Position numbers and translations under genes: made by a program
Notes under the pieces: model-generated
Databases searched by the model: none
What the model saw: only the letters and a program-made list of their open reading frames with translations
Told to the model about the DNA's origin: nothing
Shown here: positions 1 to 64,000 of the stretch, in pieces
How positions within the stretch are numbered: the first letter of the stretch is position 1
How the letters are laid out: every line of letters begins with the position of its first letter
Source of the DNA: Lama guanicoe
Lineage: Eukaryota
DNA length: 64,000 nucleotides
Reading direction: 5' to 3'
NCBI GenBank assembly: GCA_013239625.1
Contig: MU053352.1
Coordinates: 231,485 to 295,484 of the forward strand

Positions 1-564
1 GGCAGCCGCTGGCAGGGGACCAGGGCTGAAGCCTGGATTCCTGGCCCAGCCATGTCACAATTAAACCAATGGCTCTGCTCATGGGGCACCTCCACCTTGT
101 CTGGCACTGGGCCAGGCCAGAGCTTTACATATGGGCTCTTCAATGACCCTGCAGGGATGTTCCCATGGGAAAAATGAGGAGACCGAGGCAGAAAGGGAAA
201 GGCTTGCCCAAGGGCCCCCAGCCTTCGACACTCCTCCTGCAGGTGCACCAGAAGTCAGGACCCTGGTGGAGCCTGCAGGGTCCTGCGTGATGGGCCTCTG
301 CTCCCTTCTGCTGCGCCGCCGTGCCACCGGCCCCTCTCTCCCCATCCCTCCCACACACTGTGCTTCTTTCCATCTCAGGGTCTCAGGCTCTTCCAGCCAG
401 GAGCTCCCCCTCTCTTCTGTCCCGGCCCTTTGCAAGCCCTGCCATCCATCAGGCCTCCGCCAAAATGCTCCAGAGTCTCCAGAGTCCTAGACTCAGCCAG
501 GGGCCCCATCAAACCTCCCTCAGTGGCCTCGCTGTGGCCTTTGGAGTACTTTTCCCAACAATTC

Positions 565-703
565 TTTTTTTTTTTTTTGGTCGGGGGAGGTAATTGGGTT
601 TAGTTAGTTAGTTATTTTTTAGAGGAGGTACTGGGGATTGAATCCAGGACCTCGTGCATGCCAAGCACGTGCTCTACCACTGAGCTATACCCTCCTCCCT
701 CCC
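565..703 (-). mobile_element. tRNA-derived SINE (camelid Vic-1-like)
   Basis: Reverse complement GGGTATAGCTCAGTGGTAGAGCACGTGCTT...GGATTCAATCCCCAGTACC with A/B boxes and A-rich tail. Confidence 0.85.
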
Positions 704-2154
704 AATCATTCTTACTTCACAACCATAAAAATATGGTTTTTTGGTTCATGTCCTTCTCCCTCTTGTATCCACACAATGCCTGGTACATAGATGGTTCTTG
801 GTACGTGGGCAGATGGGAAAGCAGAGATTGAGTGTGCAGCGAACAGTGCTTCCTCCTCATGCGACGGGCTGGCTGTGGCTCTGCCCCGAGACAGGCACTT
901 GTGTAAAGGAATTCTCCCTTAGAGCCTGAATCATAAAACCTGGTAGGAACAGGATCTTCCGATCACAGGGATGCTGCCCAAGGAGGCACATGTGGTGGGA
1001 GGTGGACCCGGGCCCCTGCGTAGGGCCCCAGGCTAGGTCAGCTTCTCTGTGCCATCGCCCATCTCAGACCCCAGTGGCAGCTGCCAGACTCCGGGCTCCC
1101 GCAGGACACGCCGTCAAGCGGTGGTCGGACCTGCCTCTTGTCTCCCAAGGGGAAGTGTGCCCCATTTCACTTCTGCTTTGAGGCGAGACACATCCTGTGT
1201 GTCAGACCACCCCCGCGTGATCCCATCCTCTGAGCGCCGACCACTGATGGTGACCGGTGCCGGTGGTCAGGCCCTGGGGAATCTGGGGACTCGGCCCTTG
1301 TCACTGTGCAGGGAGCCCAGGCCCCAGGCTCTGCCTCCTGGACGCGGCTGCCCTGCCCTGGAAGCCACTCTCGGCGGACTGCCTTCTCCCACGTCTCACC
1401 TCTGTAAGGGAAGAGCTCCGGGGTGGAGAATCCCTGAGCTCAGACCTTCCTCTGCCATGTATGTGCGCAGCCACCCTGGGTAAATCCCTCCACTCTCCGG
1501 AGCAGCGGGGAACCACCACCCACCGGCCTCCTGCGCTGTACTGCGCTCCAGCCCTAGGACGAAGGGCGCACTCTTGCTTGGGGTCAGTATTACCTTTCTT
1601 CCGCTTTCTTCCCCTCCCTCCCCAAGCTTCCAACCGGTTGGCGGTGCACCAGGATCTTGGTAGATCTCCACGCATGTTCAAATAAGAACGTTTGGACGGC
1701 CTCAACACCCCTTTCTCCAGGCTTCTTCAGCTCCCCCAGGCAGAATCAAGCTCCCTCCTCTCTTTCTGTAGGGCTTTACAAGTCCATTTCCCTCCACCAA
1801 AAGAGCAGGGCCACCTAGGTTCAGCTTGCATAAATGCCTGAATCAATGAATTCAACCGATTCTAAATGAGCCCCTGTGTGGGATGGGCACTCGCACATGG
1901 GCAGGATATAGGCAAGAGCAAGATGTGCTCTCTTCCCTCAAGGGGTTCAGACACATCTGGAGAGGCAAGCTATGTGTACAAGGAGAGAAACACGAGAGCC
2001 GCACTTAGCACATGGGTGCTTAGTGTGACCTGGTTCTGTCCATACCTGCTGTGCGCCTTTAAGTAGGTCTCTTAGCCACTCTGGTCCTGGAACCCAGCAA
2101 GAGTGATTGCTACAGGACATTGGAGATGGGGCTGCCATCAGTAAAGGATTCAGA

Positions 2155-2193
2155 GGGGGTGGGTGGGTATAGCTCAGTGGTAGAGCATGTGCT
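2155..2193 (+). mobile_element. 5' fragment of same tRNA-derived SINE
   Basis: gggtatagctcagtggtagagcatgtgct, then truncated. Confidence 0.65.
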
Positions 2194-2271
2194 CACAGGA
2201 AGGAGCCCCCAGAAGCCCCTGCCTGCCCCCCCGCCACCATCTGGACCTCTCATACCCCATCAGAATCTAGT

Positions 2272-2480
2272 TCAGGGTGTCCCAACTTCAACACGACTGA
2301 CATTTGGGCTGAATGATTCTGTTGTCAGAGCTGTCCTGTACATCATACAGTGTCTAGAAGCACCCATCAGGTGCTGATAGCACCTCCTGCACTTGTGACA
2401 GCCAAAAGTGTCTTCAGACGTTGCCACATGTCCCTTAGGGGTCAAAATCCACCCGCTCCACCCCCTCAGTGAGAACCCCT
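2272..2480. mobile_element. MER20-like DNA transposon
   Basis: cagggtgtcccaac...gtgacagccaaaagtgtcttcagacgttgcca...gagaaccc. Confidence 0.7.
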
Positions 2481-5400
2481 AGCTTCTCCTGTTCTCCTCC
2501 AGCGCTGTAGCCAGGAGCTGGGAAGACAGAGGGGGTTTGGAGACAGCGTCAGGACGAAAGTTTCATAGGTTCACCTCAGGCGGAGCCCTCCCCACCCCCT
2601 AGGCTTGTGTCTACCCAGGAGGAGACGCAGGGCAGAAGGCCTGGAGGAGGCCGAGCTCCAAGACAGCACCTGATCACACCTCCCAGATGCTTTTGTACTG
2701 GGCAGGAGGAGAACCAAGGATGTGAGCTACTAGGGTTGGATGGATGCACATCAAAGGCACCAGGGAAACATTTCTCTTCCGGGATGCCAAGGGCTTAAAA
2801 ATAAAAATTTCTATTGCTTAAGAGACATCTGAGGATTAATGGGGATGGGGGGAGGGTCACAGTGGGAACGGAGCCGGCTGCAATCAAAGTGCACAAAAAG
2901 GAGGCAAGACCCAGTTCCAGTCACGGCTGCAGAGAGACTGAAGGGAAAGCCACCCTCCTCAGTGCTCAGCTTCCCGTCAGTGGAGAAGGGGAAGGTCTGA
3001 AATCTTGTGGTCCCCCAGGTTTCTCCCAGACTTGCTGCCAGGCAGAAAGTGCTCAGAGACAAAGGAGCCTGCAGCACCCCATCTCCCCTTGCCCTCACAG
3101 GGAAAGAGATTTCCTTCTTGGGAGGACCACGGGCTGATTCACTGAGAACAGATGAATCTTGCTACAGCCAGAGATGCCAAGGTGGAGGTCCCATCTAATG
3201 GCTGGGAGGACTGAGTTCTCGGCACCGGCTTTGCCCCCATGACCTGCACATTCCAGGCCAGGCTCAGGGCAAGTATGAAGGCCAGGAGCTGCCTGAAGTC
3301 CTTGCAGCTGAAGTCAGGGGCTGCGGATCAGGAGGAAAGGAGCACCTGCCTTCCAGAGAGGAGCGACCTGCACCCCCACCTTCCTTCCAGAGCCTGAGGC
3401 CACACCCACACCTGTACCCCAGCAGAGCCGCACCTCGCCTGGAATACGGTCAGCTGCACGGGACAGGGGGGCCTCTGGGACAGAGGAGAGGGTGAACTTC
3501 ACCAACAGCACAGAGCGCGGAGCCAGGCTCTGGGTCCCACAGACCTAACGTCAGCGGCTGTCAGCTGTGCGGCCTGGGGCCCCCACCCTCATCTGGTCTG
3601 ATGGTCATTGATAAGATTACAAGATGAAAAGGCACGTAAAGTATGCTACTGTCCAGAACACAGGGAAGGGAATGCTCAAGAAATGGGGCAACCATTATTA
3701 TTTCACACATCTGAAAGTTTCTGGGTAACCGAGGAGGCCTGTAAATTGGCTTCTATTCGGTCTTTCCTCCCACGTTTTCCACTCTAGCAAAGCCTCGCAG
3801 GTCTCCTTAGTGTCCAGGTGTATATCCTGTACTTATTCCCTGTAATCCCTGAAGTTTCTATGACTTTGACAGGTCTCTTCTGACAAGTAGGAGGCAGGCT
3901 CGGGTGCCTCCCCAACACAGCACCTGGCAGTGCCTGGCCCAGCTGCTCAGCCCTTGGGGGTCCCGAGCCCTGGGAGGTCCTTGCAGCTCTGTCAGCCCCG
4001 GCTCCCATCCTGTTGTCACTTGTCACTTCACCCTGCTCTTGAGTTCCCTGCCTCTACTCTGTTGCCTTCCGCTGAGTGGCCTCTGCGCTGCTTCGGTCTG
4101 AGAACCAGATTTCCAGGGTGGTTAGGATTGCGTGTAAAGCAGGAAGAAGCCCGGAGAAGGGGTCTGGGGCGGGGCTTCTCAAATGGACCGCTGATAACCG
4201 CATCACTCGAGTGTGTCCTTACAGTGGAGTCCACACCTCCTGAATCAGCATCTCTCGGGGAGGCTCTGGAATCTGGGATTTAAGCGAGCTCTTAGGCACA
4301 GGAGCCTTGAAGAACCCAGGGTAGGGGACTAAGACAGCAATGTCTTCTGCCTTGAAGCCTCTTTGGCTGATTTCTTGTTCCTTTGGTGAAGGGATGCTAC
4401 TCTGTCTCGTTTCTTTTGCCATCATGGTTTTCTGCACCCCACGTTCTGTGTGGTTCCTCACCCCAGACACACTTCCATATCCAGGAGGCTGACTGGTGCC
4501 GCCCCAGGGACCCAGGGGCCTATGTGCATCCCTCTCCCCTGGCACAACCACGAAGCTGAGAAATGTCTGCAGAGCTGCTGGCCTCGGGCCACAACCCTGA
4601 GCCCATGGGCAGGAGCCCGGAGGCCCTTCTTCCTGCCCTTGGCAATGAAGCACCTTGGCCAACAGGAAAAACTCCCAGCAGGGGTTCTTGGGACCCAGAT
4701 AGGGCAGAACAACCACGCAGTTAGAGGAGTGTGGCCCTCCAATCCATGTGGGGACACTGGGCTCTGCCTCTTGACTATTCTGACTCCTACACATCCTACA
4801 AAGCCCCAGGCTGCTTGCTCCTTAAAGACTGCCCTCTCCATCCCAGCCTCTGTGGTTGGTGCCCATCTCTCACAGCCCAGGGCTCAGGGTCCAGGCCAGT
4901 TGTCTTGTCATAACAGCTCATGTTGAGGGAGGGGCTCACAACCTCCCAGGCACTGTCTTAGCTCTTCACCCACGTTCTCTCGTGCAATTTTTACAACCCC
5001 AGAGGGGCATAATTGTCTCATTTTTCAGACAAGAAAACTAGGGCCCTGAGAGGTGCAGTGACTCCCTCAGGGTCACATGCTGGCAGGTGGCTCTGCTGGA
5101 GTCTAGATCCGGGCACCTGCCTCCTCAGCCTGCCCTCTCCCTGCCCCGTTACCGAGTGCCTACAAGGCATCAGGTCCTCTGGCCAGTCCCACCTCAGCCT
5201 GGGGCAGGTCACCGTCTGTCCCTTTATCTGGGAGAAGATGTAGAGGCTGGGTCAGATCTCCAGGACCTCCTCTGCTCCAGAGCTCTGGTCTCACTGGACC
5301 CCCTGGTCTCCACCCGCCCTGGGGCGACCCAGGGCATGTCACTCATGAGTCTGGGCCTCAGCATGTCACTTCTCACCATGATTAAGTGCCTTCCAGGATT

Positions 5401-6444
5401 CAGCTCAGGGAGCCGGGTCTAGGTGACCTCTGCAAGGTCGCTCTTACAATTCGTGTGTCCCTCCCATGGGCTGGGCCTTGTGAGGGGGCCCTGCTGCCTG
5501 CACCTGCCCCTTTGATCTCACTCTTTCCGCTGTCACTGAAGAATGTGCCAGAAGAAATTCCCAGCTGAGTGAGCTGAAACAGGTCAGCAAATAATGAGGG
5601 CGTCACAAGCACGGAAGAAGAGAAATACACAGAGGTATGAGTGCAGGTGTGTGTGGGTGGATGGGGCTGGGAAGGAAGCTGAGGCCACGTCATCCCTATT
5701 TAACAGGTGAGGAAACAGAACCAGCCTTGGTTCTCGCAGCTGAGGCGGCAGGGCTGGAATTTAACCCCAGGTCCTCCTACTGCTTTTCTCTTTCCACTAG
5801 GAAGTGGGTATCACACCTACACACCTGATGGTGGGCTTGCAATCCGCACACATTCTCCAAGTCCAAGCAAGCCACGCCCTCCCCGAGGGCTGGCTTTGCA
5901 CCTGGGCAGCCAGGAGGGAGGGAGGGAGTGGCGGGAGGACAATGGAGGAGGAGGAGAAGGATTCGGTTTGACTCCAGGTTCTGGCTTGGACAAGTGGGTG
6001 GAAGGAGGCGCGGGGTAGAGAGGAGGGCTGCGGGGAAGCAGCTCGAGGGCACGTGAGTTTCAGGTCCAGCTCCGAAGGGTGGGCAACCCAGCATTTTAAC
6101 TTGTCAGCTGTCTCTGCTCCCACACAATCACCCACGGGGCCTCCTGAGTCATCTTTGTAAGAGGGAAGAGGGCAGAAGGCAGGGACGACTGCTGGCCTTA
6201 CATGCAGGATACCAAAGATGCCAGGTGACTGATCTGAACAGGCCAGCGGCTGCGGCGTCCAGCACGATCACTCGGGAAGCCAGCTCAGCAGCACGGGCAG
6301 AGGACTCCCGCCTTCACTTGCTTACTGCCTGCCAGTCAGTTAAGTCCTCTCATATCCACCTGTTTTGCAGGCTCCATTACTTGGGAGCTCAGGTGGTGAG
6401 GGGGGAGATTCAGACGTGACCCCCAGTGCTTGGCCCTCGAGTCC

Positions 6445-6930
6445 AGCTCGTTCATTCACCCTACACACTTAGCCAACAACCGCCCCTCCAGCATCTACGA
6501 TTCTGCTGAACATTTAGGAACAAAAGGATGAACAAAATAGGCAAGGCTCCTGACATGTTGAGCGTAAGGGTGTGGTCAGAGAAGGACGAGGTGACGTGGG
6601 AAGATGTAATCAGGTCCCACTGAGCTTCCCTGGACAAGGGACCTTTGAGCTACGAGCTGATGGCTGACAACCAGGAGTGAGTGAGGAACAGCGTTCCAGG
6701 CAGTTGGAATAGCATGTGCAAAGGATCTGAGCCACTAAAGAGTTGGTGATGTTCCTGCTGGCTAAAGAGATAGCCCGGGACCAGATCAAGAAGCCACATC
6801 TGCGAGTTTTCAAGTTCAAATCACCAGAGAGGTCTACATAGTAGGGGGCACAATCAGAGTGATTTTTAAAAAGGACTCTGGCTTCCAAGTGGAGAAGGGC
6901 CTGAGGGAAAGCAGAGCCATGGTGGGAGGC
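6445..6930 (-). mobile_element. L2 fragment
   Basis: ttcattca...gcgttccaggcag...agcatgtgcaaagg...tttaaaaaggactctggct. Confidence 0.6.
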
Positions 6931-7399
6931 CCTCCTGGCTGTGCAGGGGGAGGAGGGAGAGGAAGGGGTGAGGGCCAGGCTGAGAGCAGCAGCCAGGGGC
7001 CTGGGGGAGGGGATGGATTCACAGGCTACTGAGGAGACAGATCAACAGGGGTGGAGAAGTGGGGGCATCTGTCGGGTCCTTCCAACCCTGGCAGGTGAGG
7101 GCGGGCGCTGAGGTGGAGGGCCCTGCCGAGTCTTATCCCGTTAAGCAGTGGGTCCTCACGTCAATCACAGTCAACAGAGGCTTTCCTGGGACTTTTCTGT
7201 CTGCTCAGGAGGCCCACCTGAAACTCTCCTCCCCACCAAGGGCCTGTGACAGCCAGGGTCCCCAGGTGAATCGTGAAGTCCTCCCGTCTGTGGCTGCCTC
7301 ACTCACCATTAGGGCCTGGTGACAGCGCATAGCTGCCCAGCTGAGGACGGCATTGCTGCTGCGGGAGCCAGGCTGGGGGCAGGGAGGCCACAGAGGCGC

Positions 7400-7405
7400 T
7401 TTATT
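7400..7405 (-). terminator. Polyadenylation signal AATAAA of DEPDC5
   Basis: tttatt on + strand, first such hexamer after the stop, with UGUA motifs just upstream. Confidence 0.8.
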
Positions 7406-7649
7406 CCTGCTTCCAGTATGTACAGGTATGTACAGCTGGTGTCAGCCTATGGTACACTATTTCACAAAATTATACATCCTGTGCGCACCCCTTCCCGGCG
7501 GGAGGCGGCTGATTCTGCTCTGAACAGCCCATGGACGGCAGAGGAAAGGATGCCCATGGGAGCCACCTGGTCTCTGAGGACATTCCTGAGGGCTGCCCGC
7601 CCCCTCCCCAGCGCTGAAGCCCGCCTACCCGTGAAGTCTCCTCCTGGGG

Positions 7650-63856
<56,207 letters not shown>

Positions 63857-64000
63857 TCATGAAAAATAGATTCTTCAAAAACAAGCGGATGGTGCCTGGC
63901 TCCACAGGCCCCCATCCTGCAGAAGGGACATGACTGAACCTACTGCCCACATCATGAACAACATGACCCAACCCGAAACAGAGACCCGACCAGAAGCAGA

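Noticed and set aside
1..7300. Coding gene in the downstream region (e.g. the 191-aa ORF at 4219-4794)
   Set aside because: Low-complexity P/G/S/R-rich translations typical of GC-rich intergenic DNA; no coherent exon chain or recognisable homology.
7522..7543. REST/NRSE-like motif in the 3' UTR
   Set aside because: Needs a gap and several mismatches against TTCAGCACCNNGGACAG.

Overview
GC-rich mammalian genomic DNA, probably from a camelid: it carries nine copies of a tRNA-derived SINE resembling camelid Vic-1. The window holds the 3' part of DEPDC5 (GATOR1 subunit, negative regulator of mTORC1) on the minus strand. I traced 30 coding exons by hand. They correspond to human exons 14-43 (numbering from my recollection of the human gene). 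All are GT-AG with consistent phases and total 3935 nt, ending at TGA 7734-7736, followed by a ~350-nt 3' UTR with AATAAA at 7400-7405. Positions 1-7300 are intergenic. Introns contain SINE, L1, L2, MIR, MER20/MER58 and MLT-like remnants, microsatellites and a 49-bp minisatellite. Nearly all ORFs in the track are spurious or overlap exons. The most interesting signals are post-transcriptional. A splicing-control module around exon 33 has a 191-nt AG-free pyrimidine tract, a hairpin and a candidate 23-nt stop-containing poison microexon. There are also tandem Pumilio elements at the poly(A) site, a minisatellite feeding a cryptic poison exon, a cluster of candidate small exons in intron 40, and three RFX X-boxes. 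All of these are sequence-based hypotheses.
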